Origin: an uncultured virus (IMG/VR IMGVR_UViG_3300031455_000002)
Lineage: Duplodnaviria > Heunggongvirae > Uroviricota > Caudoviricetes
Direction: 5' to 3' (one strand)
IMG/VR virus record: IMGVR_UViG_3300031455_000002
DNA: 64,000 nucleotides
The first letter of the stretch is position 1. Every line of letters begins with the position of its first letter. The translations under genes were made by a program, and so were the position numbers. The notes under the pieces were generated by a model that searched no databases, was not told where the DNA came from, and saw nothing but the letters and a program-made list of their open reading frames with translations. Shown one piece after another: positions 1 to 9,656 of this stretch.

Positions 1-437
1 AGGTTCGCCCCGGAGAGGTTCGCCCAGGAGAGGTTCGCCCAGGAGAGATCCGCCCTGGAGAGGTTCGCCCAGGAGAGGTTCGCCCCGGAGAGGTTCGCCC
101 CGGAGAGGTCCGCCCCGGAGAGGTTCGCCCAGGAGAGGTTCGCCCCGGAGAGGTTCGCCCAGGAGAGGTTCGCCCCGGAGAGGTTCGCCCCGGAGAGGTT
201 CGCCCAGGCAGGGACGCGGATCGCCGGTATCAGCCCATTCTCCCGGAGCCACACAGAGTGCCCCGGTTGCCACACGGCGAGCCGGAGACCATGCGCCCAC
301 GTCCAATCCCACGAGAGCGCGTCGGTTATCTCTCCTTGCTCGCGCGAGAGGGCATCGAACAGGGCCAGGCCCTTCGAGCAGGCGCCGAGCTCCACCAGGT
401 CGGCCCGGTGAATCGACACAATGATGCGCGACTTCAC
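1..437 (-). CDS. Pentapeptide-repeat protein (3' end runs off the window; absent from the ORF track)
   Basis: GTG at 437 overlaps the stop of the upstream gene. Reads [28 protein letters not shown]...IRVPAW followed by ([10 protein letters not shown]/ADLSx)n, encoded by 15-bp repeats at 1-208. Confidence 0.9.
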   Translation of the reverse strand, partial: MKSRIIVSIHRADLVELGACSKGLALFDALSREQGEITDALSWDWTWAHGLRLAVWQPGHSVWLRENGLIPAIRVPAWANLSGANLSGANLSWANLSGANLSWANLSGADLSGANLSGANLSWANLSRADLSWANLSWANLSGAN

Positions 438-769
438 GCTGCCACCCTGCCCCGGTTCCGCGCCATGACGAGGGTTTGCGCCCGGTAGATCCCAGCGGCC
501 AAGAACACCGCGCACCGCTCGCCGTCTCCGTCTTTGATATTGAAGAGGATTTGTGTACGGAGCTTCTCGATCAGATCCGGCAATTCTTCGGTGTCGATCT
601 TCCTGTTCTCGCGCAACTCGCGCGAGACCTTGTCGAGGTACGTGTAGTAGGCAGTTCCTTCGGGCAACGAAGACATTTCCGCGAACGCTTCATTGAAAGA
701 GCATCCACGAATCCTCTGTAGAGCTCCGACGTAATCCGAAAAATAATCTGTTGGGGTTAGGGGTTTCAT
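434..769 (-). CDS. Hypothetical protein
   Basis: ATGA coupling to 766..1008; starts MKPLTPTDY. Confidence 0.65.
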   Translation of the reverse strand: MKPLTPTDYFSDYVGALQRIRGCSFNEAFAEMSSLPEGTAYYTYLDKVSRELRENRKIDTEELPDLIEKLRTQILFNIKDGDGERCAVFLAAGIYRAQTLVMARNRGRVAA

Positions 770-1008
770 TTGTTGCTTCCTCCGCACTGTTCGCACCAAC
801 TCTTCGGCTCCATAGCCCAGTCTTTCGCGAGACTCAGTGACCCGCATCCGACGATGCCTCCGTGAGTCTCACACATGACCGCCCAAGGCAGACCACCTAC
901 ATCCATGCGCGCCTGATCGGCGCAGTAAATATTCACGATCTTGCTGGTCTGTCGTGCCCTGCGTCGAAGGACGAGGCCGGACACGCCGTTCAGGTTGTAG
1001 TGTTGCAT
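766..1008 (-). CDS. Small Cys/His-containing phage protein
   Basis: WAVMCETHG and WCEQC motifs; coupled to neighbouring genes. Confidence 0.65.
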   Translation of the reverse strand: MQHYNLNGVSGLVLRRRARQTSKIVNIYCADQARMDVGGLPWAVMCETHGGIVGCGSLSLAKDWAMEPKSWCEQCGGSNK

Positions 1009-1238
1009 TCTTTCACCCGATCACTCACTGCTGACTCCACCAACCCGGAAGAGACGAGCGTCTTGAGCGTTCCGTAAGCGTTCTCTGAACGCGAGAACGG
1101 AGTCCAATCAGAAGAGTTCAGAACCTGGCAAACGAACCCGGATTCTTCTCGGAGGCATCGGAATCGGGCCCCTCCGATGTTGAGGGACCACACGATCAAG
1201 GAGGTCGTGCGAAGCTTGCCTTCTGATGTAGCGCTCAC
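990..1238 (-). CDS. Hypothetical protein
   Basis: GTG start overlapping the rhomboid stop. Confidence 0.5.
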   Translation of the reverse strand: MSATSEGKLRTTSLIVWSLNIGGARFRCLREESGFVCQVLNSSDWTPFSRSENAYGTLKTLVSSGLVESAVSDRVKECNTTT

Positions 1239-1789
1239 GCCGCCTCCAACGCTTCGTGCCCCACAACCCGGAGCGAAACCGCTACGACCGCCCCCGTGGT
1301 CAGGCCGCCCAGGTGGCACGCGAATGAGACTCCCTCAACGCTTCCAGTGAGGGCCCTCCAGATTTCGACAGCCCCGAAGGCCACCACGAACCCCATCAAC
1401 CTGGGCCTGAGAGCTCCGGCCATCGCCAGCACCCCGAAGACGCCCCCCGAGGCCCCCACGAGCGGCGTCGTGCTCGAGGGGTCGACCGCAACGTGAAGGA
1501 GCCCTCCGGCGAGCCCCGAGAGGCCGTAGACGAGCAGGAGAGCGAGACCCCCGAGGTCACGCTCGACGATGGCCCCCAGGACCAGGAGGAACGCCATGTT
1601 TCCGGCCAGGTGGTAAATCGAGGCCGGGTCATGGAGCAGCATGGCCGAGAAGATGGGAGCCAGATTTCCGGTCTGGTTGAACGTGGCCGGAACGAGCCCG
1701 AACGCCTCGCAGACCGGGAGGCCGCCCAGGGCCAGCTCCAGGCTGTAGGCCCCGACGGTGGCGAGAACGAGGGAGAAGGTGACGAGCAT
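1235..1789 (-). CDS. Rhomboid-family intramembrane serine protease
   Basis: HLAGNM, GASGG (catalytic Ser) and HLGG (catalytic His) motifs; several TM helices. Confidence 0.92.
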   Translation of the reverse strand: MLVTFSLVLATVGAYSLELALGGLPVCEAFGLVPATFNQTGNLAPIFSAMLLHDPASIYHLAGNMAFLLVLGAIVERDLGGLALLLVYGLSGLAGGLLHVAVDPSSTTPLVGASGGVFGVLAMAGALRPRLMGFVVAFGAVEIWRALTGSVEGVSFACHLGGLTTGAVVAVSLRVVGHEALEAA

Positions 1790-1824
1790 GGTCGGTCCTA
1801 CGAGGCTCGAAGGGAAACCTTCCC

Positions 1825-2016
1825 TCAGAAACCTGCGTTTCCGAACCAGATCCCGGGGCCCGTGTCCTCGTCGATCAGGAAGGCGCCCACGCGGATTTTC
1901 GTGAAAAAAGATCGCCCGCGTGGGTCCGTCTGATTCTCCCAGGAGGCGATTTCCGTCTCGGTTGAAGCACGGAGGTGAAGGCCGGTCTTGGGGTCGATCG
2001 CGACGAATCGGTTCAT
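1825..2016 (-). CDS. Hypothetical protein
   Basis: MNRFVAIDPKTG... plausible internal start of the longer ORF. Confidence 0.5.
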   Translation of the reverse strand: MNRFVAIDPKTGLHLRASTETEIASWENQTDPRGRSFFTKIRVGAFLIDEDTGPGIWFGNAGF

Positions 2017-2183
2017 GGGGTGTCGTACGTGTCTACGGGAGGAAGCTTCCCTAGTCAACCACTGATTCTCATGAGGGGGCGGAAGGCCCCACTGGTAGAC
2101 GATGACTACCAGGAGTTGACGAGAAGATTGACGTTTGATCTTTTTTCGGGGAAGGTTCGTCTGACCCCTCCGTAGGACATCCC

Positions 2184-2444
2184 ATGAACGACGTTTACCT
2201 CGATGGATGCGACCCTTGGCTCGAAGCGTTTCACGACGAGGAAGGAGCGAAGCTCGGCGATCCGCGTCGATGCTTGCACCATCCGCACATCGCCACGTCG
2301 AGCCCCGACGGGATGCACGACAGCCTCTGTGGAGCGTGTGAAGCCGCAGCCGACGAGACGGAGGTGTCAGTCGATGAACTCGTCGAACTCGGAGTGTGTG
2401 AGGCCGCAACTGACGAGCTGACCGAGCAGGACATCCCATTTTGA
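2184..2444 (+). CDS. Acidic protein with Cys/His cluster
   Basis: RCLHHP...CGACE, ends DIPF; AGGA RBS. Confidence 0.6.
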   Translation: MNDVYLDGCDPWLEAFHDEEGAKLGDPRRCLHHPHIATSSPDGMHDSLCGACEAAADETEVSVDELVELGVCEAATDELTEQDIPF

Positions 2445-2481
2445 TGTTGGTAGGGATATAGGATCGAACATTTCGTCACCT

Positions 2482-2521
2482 CGCCCCGGTAGGCTTCGAG
2501 CCCCCGGGGTTGAAGCGTCAG
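2482..2521 (+). promoter_or_regulatory. Conserved 5'-UTR hairpin element, copy 1
   Basis: CGCCCCGGTAGGCTTCGAGCCCCCGGGGTTGAAGCGTCAG, near-identical to 28503-28541; sits immediately before an RBS. Confidence 0.6.
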
Positions 2522-2534
2522 GAGAATCCAACCA

Positions 2535-2906
2535 ATGATCGGCTCCATCAACCTCCCCACCCTCCTCGCCGCCTACGCCCGCGCCGCCGACGTCTCGGCT
2601 CTCGCCCGTGGGCAGCTCGCCCAAGCCAACCTGGCCGCTCTGCCGACCATCCTGCGGGGCATGGGTCGTCCGATGCCGCTGGTCGTCCAGGAACGCTGGC
2701 TCTGGGCCGTCGAGAACGGCGACGTGCTGACCCTGCGGGCCATCGCGGTGCATCTGGCGGCTCGGCGCCCTGGGACTCCTGGAGGGCCCCGTCTGGCGCT
2801 GCTCGAGGCCATCGTGCAGGCGACGGGGGCGGCGCTGTCGCTCCGGGATCTGTCGGAGCACTATGCTGAGACAGGGACGTTGCCTTGTGGGGTGACGTCA
2901 ACGTGA
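2535..2906 (+). CDS. Hypothetical protein
   Basis: GGAG RBS; coupled to the next gene. Confidence 0.6.
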   Translation: MIGSINLPTLLAAYARAADVSALARGQLAQANLAALPTILRGMGRPMPLVVQERWLWAVENGDVLTLRAIAVHLAARRPGTPGGPRLALLEAIVQATGAALSLRDLSEHYAETGTLPCGVTST

Positions 2907-3232
2907 AAATCCTCATCGTCGACGACGACCGCCTAGTCCTACGCGCCGTCTCCCGCCTAGCCAGACGTGGCTACGCGGTACACGCCGTCTGGAGCCACCC
3001 CGAGGCGATGGCGTACGCAAGAGATTGGGCCGACGTCGCTCTCGTCGACATCGACATGCCAGAGCGCAGTGGTCCCGAGCTCGTGCGTCTGTTTTTTCCG
3101 CCGAGCCTGCCGGTCGTGTTCCACACCGGGAACCCTGAGGGTGTCCCGCGAGGCGCGCGCTACGTCGCGAAGCCGGCTTCGGTCGACGAGATCATCGCGG
3201 AACTCGAAGCTGCACAGGAGAAAACGAAATGA
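2903..3232 (+). CDS. Stand-alone response-regulator receiver (CheY-like)
   Basis: KILIVDDD, DVALVDIDMP (phospho-acceptor Asp), VVFHTG and KP motifs. Confidence 0.88.
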   Translation: MKILIVDDDRLVLRAVSRLARRGYAVHAVWSHPEAMAYARDWADVALVDIDMPERSGPELVRLFFPPSLPVVFHTGNPEGVPRGARYVAKPASVDEIIAELEAAQEKTK

Positions 3233-3444
3233 ACACCGCAGATCGGGTAGCTCAACTGGAGGCTCAGGTGGAGATGTTGCGGGAAGCGTTGAAGCCGTTC
3301 GCCTACAAGTTCTACGTCAGCTACGAAGACGACCCGCGTGAAGTAGAGACAGTCCGCGTGACCGTCGGGCAGATGCAGCGCGCCGTGAACGCGCTCGCCG
3401 CAACGGATCCAGCGCGTGAAGTCTTGACGGAGACGACGACGTAG
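3229..3444 (+). CDS. Hypothetical phage protein
   Basis: ATGA coupling; LREALKPFA motif. Confidence 0.6.
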   Translation: MNTADRVAQLEAQVEMLREALKPFAYKFYVSYEDDPREVETVRVTVGQMQRAVNALAATDPAREVLTETTT

Positions 3445-3568
3445 AGCTACAAGCTCGCCCGCCGCCTCGTGCTTGGTCACGGGGGATGGCAGGGGCGCCC
3501 GAGCCTTACACGCTCCGCGCCCTTGCCGTGGCACCAATCCCCAACGAGCGCAGCGCCCGTCGGCCGGT

Positions 3569-4099
3569 CTAGCGAGCCAGCAACGTGGCGAGCTTCGCCA
3601 CACGCTTCTGGTTGCTCCCCTGCCGTGCGAGCTCCTCCGGGCGACACGTGCGGCCGGAGCCGTAGAGCGCGAACGCGTGTCCCCAGGAGAAGCTCGGATC
3701 CAGGTTCCGGCAGTACCGCCAGCTCCGCTGTAGCCGGCTGGCAGTGACCACGGCGCAGCTCAGGGAGCTCTCGTAGTCGGTGCCCGCCAGGGACGCCCAT
3801 TCGGCCTCTGTGAGGTCGGCTTGCTGGTGCTGCCCGAGGCAGATGGCGCGCCCCTGGTCGCCCAGGCGGGCCCCTGAGTGCACGTCGGGGGCGAAGTGAC
3901 TCTCACCCCAGTAGGTGACGATCACGGCTAGCTCGAGGGCCCTCCGGCGCGGGCCGGCGGATTTCGCCACCTTGCTCACGGCTCTGTCGGTGGTCTGGGC
4001 GATGATCGCCATGCGAGCCAAAAACTCGTCTTTCGACTCGTTCCAGTGGGGGGCCGGCGCTGGCATCAGGGTGAGGATCGCAGCAAGGATGGCGGTCAT
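3569..4099 (-). CDS. Secreted lysozyme/transglycosylase-like protein
   Basis: Hydrophobic N-terminus; WGESHF...GDQGRAICLGQ...ALYGSG resembles SLT motifs. Confidence 0.6.
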   Translation of the reverse strand: MTAILAAILTLMPAPAPHWNESKDEFLARMAIIAQTTDRAVSKVAKSAGPRRRALELAVIVTYWGESHFAPDVHSGARLGDQGRAICLGQHQQADLTEAEWASLAGTDYESSLSCAVVTASRLQRSWRYCRNLDPSFSWGHAFALYGSGRTCRPEELARQGSNQKRVAKLATLLAR

Positions 4100-4157
4100 G
4101 TTGGCTTGGAGGCTAGAATGGGGTTGCGGTCGAGAAAAGGATTTTCGACCATCAATA

Positions 4158-4361
4158 ATGTCGCTGGGTTACATCACCGTCCCGCGCAGTGAGTACCAGG
4201 CACTCCTTCGTGAGGTGCACCGTGGGGCGGAAGTGTGCTCGGAGATAGGGGCGCTCAGGCTGGTGCTCCAGGCGGTCGTAGGGCGCCTAAGGCAGGACAT
4301 CAAGGCGGCGTTCGATAACTCGGTGGAGTTCGCGAGCGGGAAGAAGAAGCCGGGGGGCTAG
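4158..4361 (+). CDS. Hypothetical protein
   Basis: MSLGYITVPRSEYQALL; converges on the polyprotein gene. Confidence 0.5.
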   Translation: MSLGYITVPRSEYQALLREVHRGAEVCSEIGALRLVLQAVVGRLRQDIKAAFDNSVEFASGKKKPGG

Positions 4362-6232
4362 TGGCTGCGGCGGCGTTTCTTGCTCCCCGGAGGAACTTCT
4401 CGGTAAGGCGCTGCGGCTTCGATGATCGAAGCCACCTCGGCCCAGTAGTCGTCGACCCTGAGCGGCCCCTCCGAGTCGTCAATAGCGACGCCCGTGCGAC
4501 TGAAGATCCAGTCGTGCAGCTCGGCCATCGTGGCGTTCTCGGGGAGGCCAGAGGCGCGAGCGAGAGCGGCGCGGTCCGGTCTCCGTGCCTCGGACATCCG
4601 CTTCGCCGGCACGAACTTGACCACGCCCGCTGTCCCTGCCGCATCGTCCGCGTCGCTGTAACTCTTGAATGGGCCGCCGAGCTTGCGGCCTCGACGGTCG
4701 ACGGCGATGTAGTCGTCGACGTGACGACGCGGGGACTCGAGCATCCTGTTCGAGGCGTGATCCAGTCGTACCGGTGGGTGGACGCTCGTGTCGTGCTCGC
4801 CGTCCCACAGAACGATGACGTCCCCATCGCAGTCGACCGTTCCACGCTCGTTCTTGCGCAGCGAGTACCACTTCGGATCGATCTCTCGACCGCGTCTCAG
4901 GAAGGTATCGGACCACATGACCCGATCTCCCTTCTTGAAGTTGCTCGTTCGTCCCGGAGTCTCGGCAACGCTATACTTCCGACGAAGCTGCTTCTCCAGG
5001 ATCGTCTTCTCCTTCTCGACTTCCCATTCCCAGTCGACGTCATCCGGATCGTACCCTCGCTTGGCGTAGCGATGGCGCTCACGGTCGACCCAGGCTTCCC
5101 AGTCGATGTCGTCGGCGGAGGGGAGTTCTCTTTGTTCGCGTGTGTTTGCCATGATCAGAGCTAGGTGTCTCCAGGCATCCCGAACCTCACGACGACCAGA
5201 CATGACCTCTTCCGCAGCGTGGATCATTCTCCGAAGCTGATTGATGCGTACGTCGTGGCCGCTCCAGCTTCGCTTGGGCGGCGTCTGACTGTTCAGGTCA
5301 GCCAGTACCCGTTCGGCCTTCTTGAGGATCTTCGGGGATCGCGCGTTCGGCCCGTCGATGATGATGTTCACGAGTCCGTTGTGGACGCTGTTGTAGGCGC
5401 GCTCGTTGGCGTCAGAGCCGTCCCAGCGGCCTCGGGGCGCTTCGTTCACCTCCCGCGCCCGTCTCGGCCTCGCGGCCCCCCCCTGCGCGAATGTCACCGC
5501 CGCCTTGTACCCGAGCGCCGTGTGGATGCCGCTGTCGGGTCCGAAGTAGTCCTGCTTCGGCGGTGCGTTCTCGAAGAACCGATACCGCGTCACGCCGTCT
5601 CCGGGCGAGTAGGTCTCGACGGAGTAGCCACGCGGGAGCATGGCGCGCAGCTCGTCGATGCGGGAGGCTTCCATCGAGCGGGGTTCGTACACACGTCGGG
5701 GCGACTGACGCATGCGACCTCGTTCTGCGAGAGCAGGCTGACGCATGCGCGGCGCCTCCGCCACCGTCTCCCGCGCCCCCGGCCGCACATCGATCCGATC
5801 GTAGTTCCCCAGATCCGCCTCCGCACGGAAGTACGCCTCGAGCTGCCGAGCGGCCTCGCGCCTGGTGGCCTTGTTGAACATCTCGTGCCATCGGCCGTCG
5901 CTGCCGAACTCCTTGTTGTACTGCTTCGCACCGGTTTCGGTGAGCCACTCGAACTGCTTGACGGCCAGCTCCGGGTTGTACGTGCCCTTGCGCCACTTCC
6001 TGAGCATGTTGAGCAGAATGCTTCGTCCCTGCCCGCTAGGTCCGTCGGGAGACAGCTCGGATGTGTTCTGGATGTAGAGCACGAGCTCGTCGGCTGCGTG
6101 CTGGTCAGGCTCGCTGTCGCGGGCGGCCATGCGGGGGGCGGGCGCGCGAGAAGCGGCCACGCGGGGAGCAGGTGCGCGCACAGTTCTCTTGGTCCTTCGT
6201 GCCGTCTTCTTCGTCTTCTTTCGGGTTGCCAT
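4358..6232 (-). CDS. Multidomain polyprotein A with Arg-rich linkers
   Basis: Basic N-terminus, then ~6 unrelated small domains separated by VAEAPR, VNEAPR, VAETP, MLESPRR and MSEARR linkers. Confidence 0.8.
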   Translation of the reverse strand: MATRKKTKKTARRTKRTVRAPAPRVAASRAPAPRMAARDSEPDQHAADELVLYIQNTSELSPDGPSGQGRSILLNMLRKWRKGTYNPELAVKQFEWLTETGAKQYNKEFGSDGRWHEMFNKATRREAARQLEAYFRAEADLGNYDRIDVRPGARETVAEAPRMRQPALAERGRMRQSPRRVYEPRSMEASRIDELRAMLPRGYSVETYSPGDGVTRYRFFENAPPKQDYFGPDSGIHTALGYKAAVTFAQGGAARPRRAREVNEAPRGRWDGSDANERAYNSVHNGLVNIIIDGPNARSPKILKKAERVLADLNSQTPPKRSWSGHDVRINQLRRMIHAAEEVMSGRREVRDAWRHLALIMANTREQRELPSADDIDWEAWVDRERHRYAKRGYDPDDVDWEWEVEKEKTILEKQLRRKYSVAETPGRTSNFKKGDRVMWSDTFLRRGREIDPKWYSLRKNERGTVDCDGDVIVLWDGEHDTSVHPPVRLDHASNRMLESPRRHVDDYIAVDRRGRKLGGPFKSYSDADDAAGTAGVVKFVPAKRMSEARRPDRAALARASGLPENATMAELHDWIFSRTGVAIDDSEGPLRVDDYWAEVASIIEAAAPYREVPPGSKKRRRSH

Positions 6233-6245
6233 GATGTTCTGCCTT

Positions 6246-8126
6246 TCAGTTCGAGCAGATCATACCGTCATCGCCTACGTACAGGTACACCTCACCGTAC
6301 GCATGGGCTGCATCGGTGAGGAGTTTGCCCTCACGTTCAGGCCAGTCACTTTTTTCCCAGAAGCCCGCGCCGTGGCGATTTCGTGTAAGCCAAAAGTCGT
6401 GTCCGGCTTGGCTCCAGTTACCTGCAATCAGTTTGGCGTTGTGTCGTGCGAAACTCTCGACGTCCTGCCGCATCTTGTCCTGTGTCGAGTCGGCAACATC
6501 GGCGTCAAGCGAGTCAAGAGGTTTGCCGTCACCGTCGGTCGAAGACCATAACGCCGTCTCGACGTACTGGTCGAACATGACGTCGATGTCGCGCTTCGAC
6601 GGAGCGTTGCTTTCGTGCACGGTTTCGTCGAGATGTTCGTCCTCGTCCTCGTCTTCCTTACGCTCAGCTTCTTGCCGGCGCTCGTACTCCTCGAACCAGT
6701 CACCCCAACTGGTGACGTGGAACGTCGCTTCGTGCACGTCGTAGACGACAGTCGTGTCGTACGTATCGCCCATGTTGACGTACGTCGCGATGACGTCGCC
6801 GAAATAGCGGTCGTTCTGGTTCTCGTCTCGAAGAGCTTCTACGCCGTGCGCGCCGAGGATCTTGTCGATTTCTTCCATTGCTGCTTCGGCTTTGCGTTCG
6901 CTGCGCCCAGCGCCCTTGATCAGGCGTGCGATGCGAGCTGATTCGCGAGGAGCGTCCTTGCCGTCATGCTCGAGGTACCGCCCGAGCCCGTCGAGAACAG
7001 TGCGGGCCGTGACGGTGCCGCCGGAGGGGGTTGCCATGCGGCGGGGTTCGCGTGCTCTTCCGCTAATGTTGCGGACCGCAAGACGATACCGTCGCGCGAT
7101 ATCAGCCCCCTTGTCCGTGAGCACGTAGTAGTCGCCTAGAGAAGACAGACCTTGAGTCTTCGCCTTGCGGACGATGTAGCCATTTTGCTCGAGAGGGATG
7201 TACCCATCACGGTCGTACACCAATGAGTCGCCAGCTCGCGGTACGCGCCCGCTAGCATGCTCTCCCATGCCGTAGAGCAAAATTTCGAGCATACGTGGTT
7301 GTATGCCTTCTCGAGAAAGCTCGGGCGGTACCCACTGCATCTCGGCAACACGATGGTCGGAGGGGGCTGCCATGCGGCGGGGTTCGTCGAGACGGTCGTC
7401 TTCGTCTTCGCCGCAGTCGATATCAGCGTCGGGATATCGCTCGTTCATCTCGGCGCACGTGAGTCGGAGTGGGTCTTGATCGAACTCGCCCCAACCGTAG
7501 TGACCGGCCCACGTCTCGTACGCCCAAGCGCGTTGCATGGGGTCGGGGCTATCGAACGCCGCGCGTAGTTCCTTCGGACTTTGATCCGAAGTCTTCGCGA
7601 CCGCTTTCAGATCGCCCCATGACGGAACTCCAGGTTCGAGTTCGACGCGGTATACTGTCCAGCGCTCTTCGAAGTCTTCGCGGGGCTCGACGTACTCGAG
7701 GAAGCAGTCGTTGTCGTCAGATCCTCGACGGAAGATCGGGCCGCCGCCGTGCTCGGGCCAGTTCATGTCACCGATGTGGCCGATCTCCGTGATCTCGGGG
7801 TCGCGGGCTGCGACTCGTCTTTCACCAGGAGCCGCAACTCGCCGCCGCTCATTCATCCTCTGCTCAGGGCGCGAGAATCGTTCGAGGTGCCCCGTGTCAG
7901 TAGAAAACGGATCGGACGTTCTCGAGCGTCCACGTCCAACAGAGCCCGGGGGCCATATCTTGATGGTGCGCGCCCGCACCTCGTACGTGTACGGGGACGG
8001 ATCACCTTCGGAAGGAACGAGCTTGGTAGCACGACGATCCATCGGTGCCCGGTAGTAGAGGGGCTGCCCGGTGCGGGCGTAGGCGAGAACGTCCGCCCAT
8101 GATTTGAAAGGGATGAGGTTGGCCAT
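6246..8126 (-). CDS. Multidomain polyprotein B
   Basis: ~5 domains including HGVEAL...YVNMGDTYDTT...SWGDW and AGHDFWLTRNRHGAGFW modules; linkers RMNERRRVAAP, LDEPRRMAAP, AREPRRMATP, TVHESNAP. Confidence 0.8.
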   Translation of the reverse strand: MANLIPFKSWADVLAYARTGQPLYYRAPMDRRATKLVPSEGDPSPYTYEVRARTIKIWPPGSVGRGRSRTSDPFSTDTGHLERFSRPEQRMNERRRVAAPGERRVAARDPEITEIGHIGDMNWPEHGGGPIFRRGSDDNDCFLEYVEPREDFEERWTVYRVELEPGVPSWGDLKAVAKTSDQSPKELRAAFDSPDPMQRAWAYETWAGHYGWGEFDQDPLRLTCAEMNERYPDADIDCGEDEDDRLDEPRRMAAPSDHRVAEMQWVPPELSREGIQPRMLEILLYGMGEHASGRVPRAGDSLVYDRDGYIPLEQNGYIVRKAKTQGLSSLGDYYVLTDKGADIARRYRLAVRNISGRAREPRRMATPSGGTVTARTVLDGLGRYLEHDGKDAPRESARIARLIKGAGRSERKAEAAMEEIDKILGAHGVEALRDENQNDRYFGDVIATYVNMGDTYDTTVVYDVHEATFHVTSWGDWFEEYERRQEAERKEDEDEDEHLDETVHESNAPSKRDIDVMFDQYVETALWSSTDGDGKPLDSLDADVADSTQDKMRQDVESFARHNAKLIAGNWSQAGHDFWLTRNRHGAGFWEKSDWPEREGKLLTDAAHAYGEVYLYVGDDGMICSN

Positions 8127-8806
8127 CAGTTGTCTCTCCAGTAAACGAACCCACTTGGGGTCGTATCGTAGTTACCGTCGTAGCGTGCGACGAAGTGCTC
8201 CGGGCCATCCGTGTCGACGGCGTCTTCGGCTGCGGCGTTGACGTCGATGCCAGCGATCTCGATCGCCTTCTCGACGGCCTCCGAGGAGCTGTAAATCTCT
8301 TCGAGGTACTCCATCGGATCGCGGAGCTTCTCCTTGGTCATCTGCTCGGCGACGTCATCGATGTAGTCCTCGGGATCCGGCATGTCGCCATCGTCATCCT
8401 CATCGGGGACGTCGATGTAGTCCTTGGCCGTGCGCCAGAAGTCGCGGTCGCTCATCTCTCGCAGGTCTTCCTCGGCCATGTTCTGCACGTCGGACTCGAG
8501 GTCGCGACGAAGGCGGTCGATGTTGATGTGCCTCTTGATGAAGTCCTTGTTGAACATCGAAGGATCTTCCTCGAGATCTTGCTTGACGATCGCGAGAGCC
8601 AGCTCCCGGAACGCATCGTCGCTCTCGACGACGCCCCACGTGTTACTGCCGCCGTCGACGCTGATCTCGTAGACGTCGACACCGAAGCCTTCCATGGAGC
8701 TGGTGTCGATGCTCAACTGGTCAGGGTCGACGTCCATCGCTTTCGCGACCTCGTCGAGCACGGCGTCTTGGTCGGTGAAGTCGATCTTCTTTTTCTTGCG
8801 GGCCAT
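8126..8806 (-). CDS. Highly acidic protein (possible DNA mimic)
   Basis: Starts MARKKKK via TGATG coupling; very D/E-rich and helical. Confidence 0.7.
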   Translation of the reverse strand: MARKKKKIDFTDQDAVLDEVAKAMDVDPDQLSIDTSSMEGFGVDVYEISVDGGSNTWGVVESDDAFRELALAIVKQDLEEDPSMFNKDFIKRHINIDRLRRDLESDVQNMAEEDLREMSDRDFWRTAKDYIDVPDEDDDGDMPDPEDYIDDVAEQMTKEKLRDPMEYLEEIYSSSEAVEKAIEIAGIDVNAAAEDAVDTDGPEHFVARYDGNYDTTPSGFVYWRDN

Positions 8807-8921
8807 CAGTCGTCCTCCTCTTCGTCCTCGAACTCTTCTTCCAGCGCTTCCCAGTCTTCGGATTCCGTTTGCCATCAGTTGTCTCTCCAGTAAACGAACC
8901 CACTCGGGGTCGTGTTGTAGC
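8807..8921 (-). pseudogene. Scar made of gene-end fragments
   Basis: Encodes YNTTPSGFVYWRDN* + MAN (repeat of 8122-8172), followed by ESEDWEALEEEFEDEEEDD*. Confidence 0.7.
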
Positions 8922-9656
8922 TCAGTCGTCCTCTTCGTCGTCTTCGGATTCGTCTTCCTCGTCATCGATCAACCCGTTGATGAGATCCTCGATGTCCCTT
9001 TTGTCCTGGATCGCTTCGAGCACTTCACCGAGCTGGCTGATCTCCTGCCATCCGAGATTGAACGATTCGTAACCCATGTCTTCTGCTCGGTCGCCGCCAG
9101 GTGCGCTTGCGAGAATCCGCCAGAGCAGGGTGGGATAGTCGTCCGGTCCGTGATTGTAGTTCGGGAGCCATGATTGCAGCTCCTCGATGAGGTCTTGTAT
9201 TGCTTTGCGGGGTTTTCTGTTGGCCATCATGTTCTCCGTTGCTCTGGTTGATCTGATGCGAGCAGGCGCGTGCCGCTCCGTAACTGTTCCGTCTCGGTTC
9301 CCATACGAACCAGGAACCACGACCGACAACGGTTCGTCTGCCGGACGAGTAGCGTCTTCCCACGTCAGCTTGCGCGTGAGCCACCATGTAGGGGCGCCAG
9401 TCATCCAGCGTTCGCCGCGGGGGCTGATCTTGACGAGAAGTGCAATGATCTTGTCATCGAGCTTGTACTTGCGTTCACGAAGTGCGCTCAGTTTCTTCTC
9501 TTGTCCCGCACTGAGCCACGATGACTGGTACGAGCTGCCGTACTTGATGCGCATCGCAGAATCGAACCCGTCAAACGCGGCGTCTGCCTGCTCCAGTGCG
9601 ACGTGCAGATCATCCCACCGCTTCTTGTCCGCCTTCGTCGCCATCACATTCTCCAT
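8922..9656 (-). CDS. Two-domain protein with acidic tail
   Basis: Two modules, each preceded by ENxM-MA (MATKADKK / MANRKPRK). Confidence 0.7.
   Translation of the reverse strand: MENVMATKADKKRWDDLHVALEQADAAFDGFDSAMRIKYGSSYQSSWLSAGQEKKLSALRERKYKLDDKIIALLVKISPRGERWMTGAPTWWLTRKLTWEDATRPADEPLSVVVPGSYGNRDGTVTERHAPARIRSTRATENMMANRKPRKAIQDLIEELQSWLPNYNHGPDDYPTLLWRILASAPGGDRAEDMGYESFNLGWQEISQLGEVLEAIQDKRDIEDLINGLIDDEEDESEDDEEDD

Noticed and set aside
1..208. 15-bp tandem repeat as a CRISPR, telomere or origin
   Set aside because: It has no spacers and translates in frame as pentapeptide repeats on the minus strand.
8807..8965. N-terminal extension of ORF 8126..8965
   Set aside because: It is an out-of-frame read-through of the scar; the true start is the coupled ATG at 8806.
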